From Macrostomum lignano (lineage: Eukaryota): a stretch of 64,000 nt of DNA. The stretch lies in assembly GCA_002269645.1 (NCBI GenBank), contig NIVC01001124.1, forward strand, positions 186,001-250,000, read 5' to 3'. Positions 20,101 through 31,581 of this stretch are shown piece by piece. The notes under the pieces were generated by a model that was not told where the DNA came from, ran no database searches, and saw nothing but the letters and a program-made list of their open reading frames with translations. Within the stretch, counting starts at the first letter, position 1, and each line of letters begins with the position of its first letter. The position numbers were made by a program, and so were the translations under genes.

Positions 20101-23100
20101 CGCTGAATCAGCAGCTGGGCGAACGCCTCCCGCTGCCTGCTCTGCTCCTCGGCAATGCTGCTGACCAGGCCCCGCCTTTGGCTGGCGTGGGTGTCCAGGG
20201 CCCGCTCGACCTCTTCGGTGCGCTCGCCAGCCTTGGCCGCGGCGGTGACAGCGTCGGCCCGGTCAGCTTCCACTCGGCGTCGGCGAGACTCCAACGAGTC
20301 GGACTCGGCCAGCAGTTTGTCCATAGAGGCCAGGATCTCCGATCGGTGCTGGGCAGTCAGCTCCGTCAGGGACTCCTCCTGGTCCTGCTGCTCCAGCTGT
20401 TCAAGGATGGCCTCCCTACCGCTGGCCCGGACGCTCCAATCCAGTAGGTGGCGGATCAGCCGATCGGCGCTGGACTCGGCCGCGCTGACGTCTTCAACTA
20501 GGCGTTGCCGATCTCGCTGGCGGGCGGCCTGGACGGCGGCCAAGTCCAGAGCCTGACCGTCGGCAGCGTCGGCGTCCAGCCTGTCAACGGCTGCCCGACG
20601 CTGCTCCTGGGATCGGGTGGCCAGAGCCAACTGGGCGCTGGAGTCCTCTTGAAGCTGGCGTTCCAGCTCTTGGCGCTGCTGAAGGCGCTGGGCGAGGACG
20701 CGCTCCTGCACCTGGACGCTGTCCTGTTTTGGGAGCCAGTGGGGGAAGATCTGACATCAAGCAGTTCTGATGTAACCAATGACATCAGGCAGTTCTGATG
20801 TAACCAAGGACATCAGGCAGTTTTGATATGCCCAAGGACATCAGGCAGTTTTGATATGCCCAAGGACATCAGGCAGTTCTGATGTATGCCCTTTGACATC
20901 AGGCAGTTCTGATTTGTGCCCAATGACATCAAGCAGTTCTGGTGTATGCCCGATGACATCAAGCAGTTCTGGTGTATGCCCGATGACATCAAGCAGTTCT
21001 GGTGTATGCCCGATGACATCAAGCAGTTCTGGTGTATGCCCGATGACATCAAGCAGTTCTGGTGTATGCCCGATGACATCAGGCAGTTCTGATGTAACCA
21101 ATGACATCAGGCAGTTTTGATATGCCCAAGGACATCAGGCAGTTTTGATGTATGCCCGATGACATCAGGCAGTTCTGATGTATGCCCGATGACATCAGGC
21201 ACTTCTGGTGTATGCCCGATGACATCAGGCAGTTCTGGTGTATGCCCGATGACATCAGGCAGTTCTGATGTATGCCCGATGACATCAGGCACTTCTGGTG
21301 TATGCCCGATGACATCAGGCAGTTCTGGTGTATGCCCGATGACATCAGGCAGTTCTGGTGTATGCCCGATGACATCAGGCAGTTCTGGTGTATGCCCGAT
21401 GACATCAGGCAGTTCTGGTGTATGCCCGATGACATCAGGCAGTTCTGGTGTATGCCCGATGACATCAGGCAGTTCTGGTGTATGCCCGATGACATCAGGC
21501 AGTTCTACGTGACCCTTGCATTCTGATGAGTTATACAAAACAATAACTACGAGCTACTTACTGAACGTTCAAAGCAACAGAAACGTGAATGCATGTCTTG
21601 CAACAAGTGGATGCAGGATTAAGCGTTACAAAGGTACAATATATATTGTGTAGCGCACATACGGATTGAATTGAGAATTTGCTAAATCTGATTCAATACC
21701 AATATTTACGAGCAGCTCAAGTAGAGGGAGAGGAGAGAACACACGGGGATAGAGAGAATAGAAGTCTCAGTACTCATCACTCGAGTGCCCGAGCATACAT
21801 CCAAAGTGGCGTACACACAGGCTAGGCCAGAAGTACTCCCAGAGAGAGAGAGAGGGCCATCCCCCTTATCGATTCAGAGGGCTGCAGGAGCATAGAGAAT
21901 TTCTGGGGCATAGAGAAACGAGACGAATGCTGGCCCAGGGAGCTTTAGACCAATCCAACAAAATGTACAACGCCTAGTGAGTGCGCGGCGAGGCAGTCAC
22001 CGCCAAGTCAAGATACTAACCTCGTAACAGAGATCAGAAAGGAGCCACTAACTTTTAACTGCTGACTTCTGACTGACTGACCGACTGGTTGAAACTACTA
22101 ATGTTTCTTTCTTCTTTTTTCTGAAACTCCTTAATGACTGTATAAGTCTCTCCAAGATTTTGGGCACTCTTAAACGCGAAAATGTCACTCCATAGATCTA
22201 GAATATCACTCTTCATGGACAGTGTCTCTATCGAGATTTCAGGCACTCCTAAGTCGAAAATGTCACTCCATAGATCTAGAATGTCGCTCTTCAAAAACAG
22301 CGTGACTCGATCCAGATTTCGGGCACTCCAAAAGTCGAAAATGTCACTCCATAGATCTAGAATGTCACTCTTCATGGACAGTGTGTCTCTATCTGGATGT
22401 GAGGCACTTCTAAATTTGAAAATGTCACTCTTTAAAGTCATTGTGACTCTATCCAGATTTCGGGCACTCCTAAGTCGAAAATGTGACTCCATAGATCTAG
22501 AATGTCGCTATTCAAAAACAGCGTGACTCTATCCAGATTTCGGGCACTCCAAAAGTCGAAAATGTCACTCCATAGATCTAGAATGTCACTCTTTATGGAC
22601 AGTGTGTCTCTATCTGGATGAGGCACTCCTAAATTTGAAAATGTCACTCTTTAAAGTCAGCGTGACTCTATCCAGATTTCGGGCACTCTTAAAGTCGAAA
22701 ATGTCACTCCATAGATCTAGAATGTCGCTATTCAAAAACAGCGTGACTCTATCCAGATTTCGGGCACTCCAAAAGTCGAAAATGTCACTCCATAGATCTA
22801 GAATGTCACTCTTTATGGACAGTGTGTCTCTATCTGGATGAGGCACTCCTAAATTTGAAAATGTCACTCTTTAAAGTCAGCGTGACTCTATCCAGATTTC
22901 GGGCACTCTTAAAGTCGAAAATGTCACTCCATAGATCTAGAATGTCGCTATTCAAAAACAGCGTGACTCTATCCAGATTTCGGGCACTCCAAAAGTCGAA
23001 AATGTCACTCCATAGATCTAGAATGTCGCTATTCAAAAAACAGCGTGACTCTATCCAGATTTCGGGCACTCCAAAAGTCGAAAATGTCACTCCATAGATC

Positions 23101-26100
23101 TAGAATGTCGCTATACAAAAACAGCGTGACTCTATCCAGATTTCGGGCACTCCTAAGTCGAAAATGTCACTCCATAGATCTAGAATGTCGCTATTCAAAA
23201 ACAGCGTGACTCTATCCAGATTTCGGGCACTCCTAAGTCGAAAATGTCACTCCATAGATCTAGAATGTCGCTATTCAAAAACAGCGTGACTCTATCCAGA
23301 TTTCGGGCACTCCTAAGTCGAAAATGTCACTCCATAGATCTAGAATGTCGCTATTCAAAAACAGCGTGACTCTATCGGGATTTCGGGCACTCCAAAAGTC
23401 AAAAATGTCACTCCATAGATCTAGAATGTCGCTCTTCAAAAACAGCGTGACTCTATCCAGATGTCGGGCACTCTTAAAGTAAAAAATGTCACTCTTCAAG
23501 AATGGTATCGAGAGAGAAAATGGCACTCCACAGACTTCAAAACAGTACAGTTTAATTTATTTCAATCCCCACCTCGTAGTCGTTAGCCAGCTCCTTCAGC
23601 AGCGGGCCACTGTTGCCACCACCGCCCATGCCTGGGCCACCGCCGCTGCTTTCAACCTCGGGCGAAGGCAGAATGTGCAGAGCAAACCTACTAGGCGGTT
23701 CGTACTGAACACCTGCCTCTGAAATGTAAGCGATGGTGCGAAAAACTTATTAGGAAAACTTATACTTGCAGTTACGAATTTGTCGCAATAGAAGCAAAAA
23801 ACACTTTGCTCACCCTTGCACAGGAAACGCATAATGGCTTCAGTGCCTTGGGCGCAGATTTCTAAAACGTGCGCGTGATAAATAATATTGTTACATGACG
23901 AAAAGTAATATTTCACGATAATTATTAATATTAAATAGTTGTCGAATATCCGACACTGACCCTTGCTAGGATAGGTGAATCCCTGCGGAGACAGAGTCAA
24001 ATTCTCCAGAGTGCGGGCCTGGCAGATGGTGCGCGGCAGCTGGCGCATTGGATTGCCGGCAATGTCCAGTAGTTTAAGGCTGGCCAAGCCAAGAAATATC
24101 TCGGATGGCAGCGACTTCAACCGGTTGTCTGCGGTCGGTGTATATGGCTAACTAGGTCCATAGGTAGTGGTATAAATTTTACAACTGCCTACTTATAGTC
24201 TAGCAATGCCAGATATTGGCTTGCTTGCACTTTTAGTTACCGATAATAAAACTGATAAGGCATGTCTAAGCTTGTACTTTTATCTAATCGACCTGGTACT
24301 AGTCTAGTCAAATTCGTACTTTCATCTAATCGATCTTTTACGATTCTTATCTAATCGATCTCTTACGATTCTTATCTAATCGATCTTTTACGATTCTTAT
24401 CTAATCGATCTTTTACGATTCTTATCTAATCGATATTTTGCGATTCTCATCTAATCGATCTTTTGCGATTCTTATCTAATCGATCTTTTGCGATTCTCAT
24501 CTAATCGATCTTTTGCGATTCTTATCTAATCGATATTTTGCGATTCTCATCTAATCGATCTTTTGCGATTCTTATCTAATCGATCTTTTGCGATTCTTAT
24601 CTAATCGATCTTTTGCGATTCTTATCTAATCGATCTTTTACGATTCTCATCTAATCGATCTTTTGCGATTCTTATCTAATCGATCTCTTACGATTCTTAT
24701 CTAATCGATCTCTTACGATTCTTATCTAATCGATCTTTTGCGATTCTTATCTAATCGATATTTTGCGATTCTCATCTAATCGATCTTTTGCGATTCTTAT
24801 CTAATCGATCTTTTGCGATTCTTATCTAATCGATCTTTTGCGATTCTTATCTAATCGATATTTTACGATTCTCATCTAATCGATCTTTTGCGATTCTTAT
24901 CTAATCGATCTTTTGCGATTCTTATCTAATCGATCTTTTGCGATTCTTATCTAATCGATATTTTACGATTCTCATCTAATCGATCTTTTGCGATTCTTAT
25001 CTAATCGATCTTTTACGATTCTTATCTAATCGATATTTTGCAATTCTTCTCTAATCGATATTTTGCGATTCTTATCTAATCGATCTTTTGCGATTCTTAT
25101 CTAATCGATCTTTTACGATTCTTATCTAATCGATATTTTGCAATTCTTCTCTAATCGATATTTTGCGATTCTTATCTAATCGATCTTTTACGATTCTTAT
25201 CTAATCGATCTGGTACAATTCTCTTCAAAATTTGTACTTTTATCTAATCGGTCAGGAACAATTATCTTCAAATTTGTACTTTTATCTAACCGATCTGGTC
25301 AAATTTGTACTTTTAATGAATAAGTCTGCACTCGTCTACTAAAACTTGTACTTGTATCAAATCGATCGCGTAGTCGACTTGCACTGGGCCATAAAGAATA
25401 AATGATGAAGAGATTAATGAGATTCTCAGAATTGCTGCTCACCTCTCAGGCCGAGAGTCTGCAAATTGCGCATGCTCTGCATAGAGGCCGGTAGCCAAGT
25501 TAATTTATTCCTGTCCAAGCTGAGTACCTGGAGATAAAATGCCAAAAAAATCGTTTTAATTGTCGACTAATCGTTAATTCTGATTTCAACCGTATCTATG
25601 GACTCAGTAATAAAGTTTATAGACTGTTAGCTGGATTTATCGAATTCAAACAATGTCGAGACAAGTCGCCAAAGAATCGCCTACGAGTCAAATTGAGGCG
25701 TGCTGGAGTCGTATCGAATTAATATGAATTAGTATCACATTTCGCAATTATAAAAACTCTGTTTAGTCTGCTTGAGTTAGCAGAAATTTAATCGCTAACA
25801 CAACGACTCTTAAACGATTTTTTGCGCGACTCTTACGATTCTGCAACTCACGTGATGCGCTCGCGACTTAAAAAGTCACAAGAGTCGTTTCACTCAAGCG
25901 AATCTTAAGAAGGCTAATACTAGATTAGTAAAGCGCATTTAAAACTAACAGACCTGCAGACAGGTGAGACAGCCTATATTGTTAGGCAGATCGGTGAGCT
26001 CGTTATTGCGCAAATCCAGCACTCGCAGTTTCTCTAAGCTGGTGAGTTTAGACTCAGGTCCCAGGCTAGTTAACCAGTTGTCATTGAGCAGCAGGGCCTC

Positions 26101-26262
26101 TTTGCGTAGCACCCGGATTTGAGTATAGACTCCAGTGGGCACCTCGGTTAGTTCGCATTCAGACAGGTCGAATGGTGACGACTCGCTCTCCTGGGCTAGA
26201 TAGAGTTTACGCTCTAGGCGACGCTTGCCAGCCTCTGTCTGCTTGCGGCCGAACAGTGGCAT
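17112..26262 (-). CDS. LRSAM1: E3 ubiquitin ligase LRSAM1/Tal (LRR - coiled coil - SAM - PSAP - RING), about 756 aa. Exons 26262-25954, 25527-25443, 24128-23961, 23861-23814, 23718-23573, [22120-22082 tentative], 20723-20070, 19966-19646, 17612-17112
   Basis: N-terminal MPLFGRK...RLERKLYLAQE, LRRs (LRVLDLRNNELTDLP), EAGVQYEPPSRF, SAM-like segment, PSAPP late-domain motif and RING CCVCMD...FLNCGHVCCCEAC...CPLCR. GT-AG junctions are phase-compatible. Confidence 0.92.
17765..19550. repeat. 21-bp minisatellite (gaggatctgagctgggatatt), LRSAM1 last intron
   Basis: Direct reading. Confidence 0.96.
20752..21507. repeat. 30-bp minisatellite (gacatcaggcagttctggtgtatgcccgat)
   Basis: Direct reading. 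Confidence 0.96.
22170..23500. repeat. ~60-bp composite minisatellite (gaaaatgtcactccatagatctagaatgtc...gtgactctatccagatttcgggcactc)
   Basis: Direct reading. Confidence 0.94.
24325..25212. repeat. 25-bp minisatellite (tcttatctaatcgatcttttgcgat)
   Basis: Direct reading. Confidence 0.96.
25640..25900. repeat. Second copy (fragment) of the 470-1160 dispersed repeat, in LRSAM1 intron 1
   Basis: Shared segment caacgactct...ttctgcaactcacgtgatgcgct...ttaaaaagtcacaagagt. Confidence 0.6.
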
Positions 26263-28578
26263 TCTCTGATGGCTCTTGTGTAGCTTGGGCAGCGGTAGTA
26301 GGTTAGCAAAGCAGCAATAGCAAAACGCATAACTTTATAGAGGCATATCGGCTCATTAAAGTGCAGGATTTCGGATCATGGGGTCAATTCAATTTGTTTC
26401 CTTGCAAACTGTAAAAATAGCCATATACTAAATTTTCCCATGGCCTATTCACATCCATATCGAATTAATTTCCCATCACTTTCCCTAACTTAACTCAGAT
26501 GCCAACAGTTCCTTCATCATTCACTATAATATTAATATAGTGGGGAAGTTAAGAACGACAGCAATAGTTAAACCTGTCACTTTATTAAATGTGTCTCATT
26601 TTCATATTAACTTTAGCCCCCACCACCCCAACCACACATGGTGCATGTGGTATTGAAAATCTCTGTTGCTATAGTCCTTAATCCCCAGGGACATAAGAGC
26701 TACCCTTGTATTGAAAGTAAGAATATTCAACTAAACTTGAACCCAAAGCACATGATATGCAAGTGGCTTAAGATATCTCTGCTACCTGAGTTCACAACCC
26801 AGTGGCTATAGAAGGAAAAGTGTCAAAATGCATACTTTAGGATGTACTACTCAAAAAGTCTGCTACCCTAGTCTTTGCCCCTCCCTCCTAGTAATGTTAA
26901 TTTTGACATTTTGACATTTTTAATGGAGATTGAATTCAAATATTATAACCACAGAATATAGTGACTATAACTATAAGCAACATAGATCCTACATAGATAG
27001 ATTTAAAAAAAATTCCTATATATATTTACATACATGCCCAACCTCAAAATTTCACCCATCTTGTGCAAGTTAGTTTAATCTAGATTTATGACTTAGTCCT
27101 CCCAATTGCAACTTAATTTTCACTTTGTATGACTTTTCTTGCCTTTTTCTATTTTAATCTTTCTCTTTCTCTCTCTCTTCTCCTTCTTTTCTTTTCCTTT
27201 TCTCTTCCTCTCCTTTCTTCTCCCAATTTTTTGTTTTTTTGCATTTTTGATTTAGCAACTAACCTTGGCTGATGGCCATTTCACATGTCCAGTTTGGATA
27301 GGTCGGACAGGTGTTGGGCATGTATGTATATTTGCCTTTCAATGATTTTACCTATATCTATAATGTTGTATTTTAAAATGCCTAATATAACTTGCCTTTC
27401 TAAACTTTTCTCTAGATTTATGCCTAGGTATAAACTATTAACTAAAGATATTTATAATATTTTAGTCAATTATAAATTTTATACTTTGAGTTGAGTTAGC
27501 AAGATTCTATATAGAAGTAGAGATTATATAGGCATAGTTTTTTACTTTAGTTTAAAAAAATTATTGCTAACAAAGACTAATAGTTATCATAGTCAAGAAA
27601 GTTATACCACATTGCTAATTATGTTAGGCATACAATAGAACAAAAATGAAGGCCTGAAAAATTACTAGTATACTAAATAACAATTAGCTTTGTTTATGGC
27701 AAGGCAACCTTATTTATATAACTTATATTTAAATAACCAAGAATAAACTTAAAAACTATTAAAAATGGGTATGAAGCTATAAAAATTTAACTTAAAGTAA
27801 AAATAAACTTTTCCTATAATATAAATTATATGTCTAATACAAATGATAATTCAATTTAGCTCTTTAAGAGCTTTGATATTCTCATTTATTACCACTTATT
27901 AATATTATATTGATTAATATAACATAATGAACTAGATATATATGTATGCTAAGATATACCATAGTTCAGATTGTGTATTAATGTATGCCAGGTCTGGTAG
28001 AAGAAAAAATACGACCCATTTATATGCTAAGACTTAAAAATGTTTTTTAACTATGTACACCAAAGTTATATGCTTTTTTATTCTTAGAATTCATTATTCC
28101 TACAGAAAAAAGAGGCAATTATAAAAGAAGTACTCAATACTTTTTGCTAAAGATAAGGGAAAAAAGTTTTTAGGGTACATAGTTTAATTTTTTTATTAAG
28201 GCCTACTCTATGTTCTATGTCTGATGGTGTTGAATGTAAAGTATTTTATATAAAGTCACTTTAATTGATCCTAACAATAATATGTACACAGGCATACAAT
28301 AGATATAAGCCAAAAATTTTCCACTATCATCTTTAAACTATGGAAAATATATAGTATTTTTTAATCTATTTATGCTAAATATGCTAGACTAAATGCCAGT
28401 ATTACATGCAAACTAAGTGTATACCAAAGTAATTGCCATTAATGGCAATGAAGCTTAATATATGCTAGAAATCTTTTGGCATTTTAGCAGGATTAGCAAT
28501 ATAAATCATAAGGTGCCAGTCCTTTTGTCAACTGACAGTTTGTCTACTGAGCAGACAAAAAGTTTTTCTTTCAAAAAC

Positions 28579-28799
28579 TGCCTTGGTTTGCTCTGAGGCG
28601 TGCCTTTGAGCAGACCAGCTTTAGTACCCCTGGGGGGTTGGTTTTGGGCCTTTGTGCGTGCGCGGGGTTGGCGTGGGGGGGGTTGTGCGTTGTGTGTCTC
28701 TACCCTCCTTTGTGCAGCGGCCCTCCCCCCTCCGCCTGCTGAGGGTTTTTAATGCCCCGTTTTCTCAGGAGCTCCTGCGTTCTCGCTCTCGCTAAATTT
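28579..28799 (+). repeat. Repeat A1 (5' terminal direct repeat)
   Basis: Matches 32704-32922. Confidence 0.95.
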
Positions 28800-28821
28800 G
28801 GTCGATTTTTTTTGCTGAATC

Positions 28822-29877
28822 ATGTCTGACTCTGTTAAAGTCCTACGTGAGAGGCTACAAGGTCTAGGCTTGCCAACGCATGGCAATAAAGGTGAACTGA
28901 TAGAACGCCTATCTCAGCATTGTCAAACACTGGCCTCTGAACTGCAAAGCGAAGAAGCGGAGGCATCAGATTAGTACGAGAGCGGCGCGAGATCAACGGC
29001 AGAAAAAGGAAACGAGGCGGCCGAGCTTCAGAGCGACGCGGGGGCAGCGGCGGCAACTGGAGGCCTAGGGTCTGGCACGGCTGGCGGCCTGGAGGACCAA
29101 CTGTGGGAAGCGGAGCAGCGGATCCGCCTGCTGAAGCTGCGAAAAGAGGAGGCTCTGCTCCAGGCGGAGGTCAGCCAGCTCCAGCAACAGCCGGCCACCT
29201 CAGATCTCCCTGGTGAGTTCTTCGATGCCTTTATGTCGGAGGAGGCGCATACGAGGAAGCAGGAGATAGGGCTTAGAAAAGGCAGTCCCTACCGCATCCC
29301 TGAGTTTATCAGTAAGCGTAAGCAGCAGGACGCTGGTATCACGCAGTCCGTGGACAGGTCGGGGAAGGTGGTCTTCAAGGTGAAGGAGGCTGCAGTGGAG
29401 ACGTTGACGATGGGAGACTGGATAGCTGGCAATGTGCGCATCATGTTGAGAATGCTAGATGATGGCAGACTGGTGAAGCGAGGGGATGGTGGCTGCCCGG
29501 ATGTGTCGGAGCTTCGCGACTACCTGCGCTACACTGTCCGCATCGGTGAGCTGTTCGACCTCGGGTTCGAGAAGGCGCGGGTGCTGAGATTCGACGATGA
29601 GTGCCGGCTTGGCGACTCGCCTGGTGCTACTTGGGAGGCGCGTGGTTCAGACATCGGCCTGGTGGCCACATATTTGATGGCGCCACAGAAGGGCGAGGTC
29701 GCTGCAGAGAGACCGGGTAGGCGGAGCCAGGGCATCTGTTTCGATTTCAACAAGGAGGCTGGGTGCAGCAGAAGGAACTGCCGGTTTGCTCATCGGTGCC
29801 GACGATGCGGTCAAGGCCATTCGGAAGCGGCCGTGCACGGGGGCCCGGGTGCGGAAGCAGGAGGCCCTCGACACTGA
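28822..29877 (+). CDS. Gag-like ORF1 (351 codons): SAP domain - coiled coil - CCCH/CCHH zinc finger; interrupted by one in-frame TAG at 28972-28974
   Basis: Manual translation from ATG 28822: MSDSVKVLRERLQGLGLPTHGNKGELIERL (SAP), then QLWEAEQRIRLLKLRKEEALLQAEVSQL, in frame with ORF 29233-29877, which ends CFDFNKEAGCSRRNCRFAHRCRRCGQGH. Confidence 0.85.
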
Positions 29878-29922
29878 CTGAACGGCGGTGAAGTTTTTAA
29901 TTCCCGGATTTTATCTACCGAT

Positions 29923-31581
29923 ATGAACCTGACGGAGTGGATGGAGGAGCTGAATGTTGTTGATGTGCCGCAGGATCGTAAGAGTTTCATTCTGGATGGA
30001 ATCGCCAATGGGTTTCGTATCACTAACATTCCAGCCAGGAGCATCGAAAGGATCGAAGTTAGCAACTACAACTCTATCAATGTTCTTATGGAAGCGGTGG
30101 AGAAGCAGATCGGCAGAGAGGTTGAGCTGGGCCATTACCGCCTGTGCCCAAAGGGGCAGCGGCCTGAGATTGTGAGTGCTATCGGTGCCCTGCCGAAAGA
30201 CAACGAACGGGTGCGCCTGATTCACGACTGTAGCCGGCCGGCCAGTGGCTGCGTCAACTCGATGTGGGTCGGTCAGGAGAAGCTGCGCTTTTCTTGCGCG
30301 GAAAACTTTGCCAGGAAGTTGACTAGAGGATGCTGGATGACCAAAGTCGACTTGAGCGAGGCTTATCGTGCGGTTGGTGTGCACCCTGACGACTTCAGCC
30401 GAACTGGAATCAAGTTTCGCTTTCGGGACTCCAACGCTGCATCCTACATTTACGACACTAGGCTACCCTTTGGGGCGGCAGCTTTGGTGACGTGCTTTCA
30501 TCGGCTCAGCGAGGCAATGAAGCTGATGATGGTGCGGAGAGGTTTCATCAAGACTGAGGCGTACTTGGATGACTTTGCATTTTGTGGTTCGCGAGAGGAC
30601 TGTCAGAATTTTTTTGACCAGATGACTGACCTCGTGACTCGCTTGGGCTTTACTGTCAACTGGGGCAAGTGTCAGCGGCCCTCTCAGCGTATGTCCTTCT
30701 TGGGTGTCGAGTTTGACACTCTCACTGGGGTGAAGAAACTGTCGGATGAGAAGGTGGAGAAGCTTGTCTGTCTGCTGGAGCTGGAAGCGGGAAAAACCAG
30801 AATTAGTCGGCGGTCATTGCAGCATGTGATTGGTAAGCTCGGTTGGGCGGCGCAGGTTATCTGTTCTGGGCGCACATTCATGCGGGAGTTGATCGAGTGT
30901 TGCAATGCTCTTCGGCCAGGGCAGCGGATGAAAATCGATGAGCGGCTGCGGAGCCTTTTTCAGTGGTGGACTGTTTCGTTGAAGTCGTGTTGGTGGTCAA
31001 AGTTGTGGCCTATGTACGTGAAGGATGTTGCCATCGAGTCGGATGCTTGCGGAAGAGGCGGTGCGGCGGTGCTGCGAATGCCCAATGGTTGCTGGGACTG
31101 GTGCTATGTGGACTGGTTGATGGATGCGGACTCGGCGTTTGTAGAGCTGCCCATCAATTACAAGGAAGCGGTGGCACCGCTGCTGGGCGTCATCCGCTGG
31201 AGGGAGCAGCTGAAGGGTTCCAGGATCAGCATCTATTGCGACAACCAAGCCGCCTGCCACATTATCAACAAGGGCGTGTCAAAGTGTGCGCCACTTCAGC
31301 GGCTGCTGCAGACGGTGGCGCTCATGTGCCTGCGCTATGGGATGAGTGTTCGTGCTTTCCACGTGTCAGGCGAGTTCCAGATTTTTGCGGATGCGGCTTC
31401 TCGGTTGCATGAGCCTAGCCAGTTGTTAAATTTTTTACTCCGCTGTCATGGTTCTGTGTGCCAGTGGACGCTGGAGACCCTGCACATGCATGCTTTCTGC
31501 CCCGCCACCGCCGCCTCCCTTCATTTACAGGCCGCCAAGCTGCGTCGGACCCTCTTAGCCGCCGCGCCGCCTCGCTGCTGA
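29923..31581 (+). CDS. Reverse transcriptase + RNase H (552 aa from ATG; frame open from 29878)
   Basis: ILDGIANGFRI, KVDLSEAYRAV, RLPFG, YLDDF (RT); SDACGRG, INYKEA, CDNQAA, FADAASR (RNase H). Confidence 0.95.
   Translation: MNLTEWMEELNVVDVPQDRKSFILDGIANGFRITNIPARSIERIEVSNYNSINVLMEAVEKQIGREVELGHYRLCPKGQRPEIVSAIGALPKDNERVRLIHDCSRPASGCVNSMWVGQEKLRFSCAENFARKLTRGCWMTKVDLSEAYRAVGVHPDDFSRTGIKFRFRDSNAASYIYDTRLPFGAAALVTCFHRLSEAMKLMMVRRGFIKTEAYLDDFAFCGSREDCQNFFDQMTDLVTRLGFTVNWGKCQRPSQRMSFLGVEFDTLTGVKKLSDEKVEKLVCLLELEAGKTRISRRSLQHVIGKLGWAAQVICSGRTFMRELIECCNALRPGQRMKIDERLRSLFQWWTVSLKSCWWSKLWPMYVKDVAIESDACGRGGAAVLRMPNGCWDWCYVDWLMDADSAFVELPINYKEAVAPLLGVIRWREQLKGSRISIYCDNQAACHIINKGVSKCAPLQRLLQTVALMCLRYGMSVRAFHVSGEFQIFADAASRLHEPSQLLNFLLRCHGSVCQWTLETLHMHAFCPATAASLHLQAAKLRRTLLAAAPPRC

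Noticed and set aside
26262-28579. Functional link between LRSAM1 (PSAP/TSG101, retroviral budding) and the adjacent retrotransposon
   Set aside because: The insertion is recent and 2.3 kb upstream; there is no sequence evidence of a relationship.
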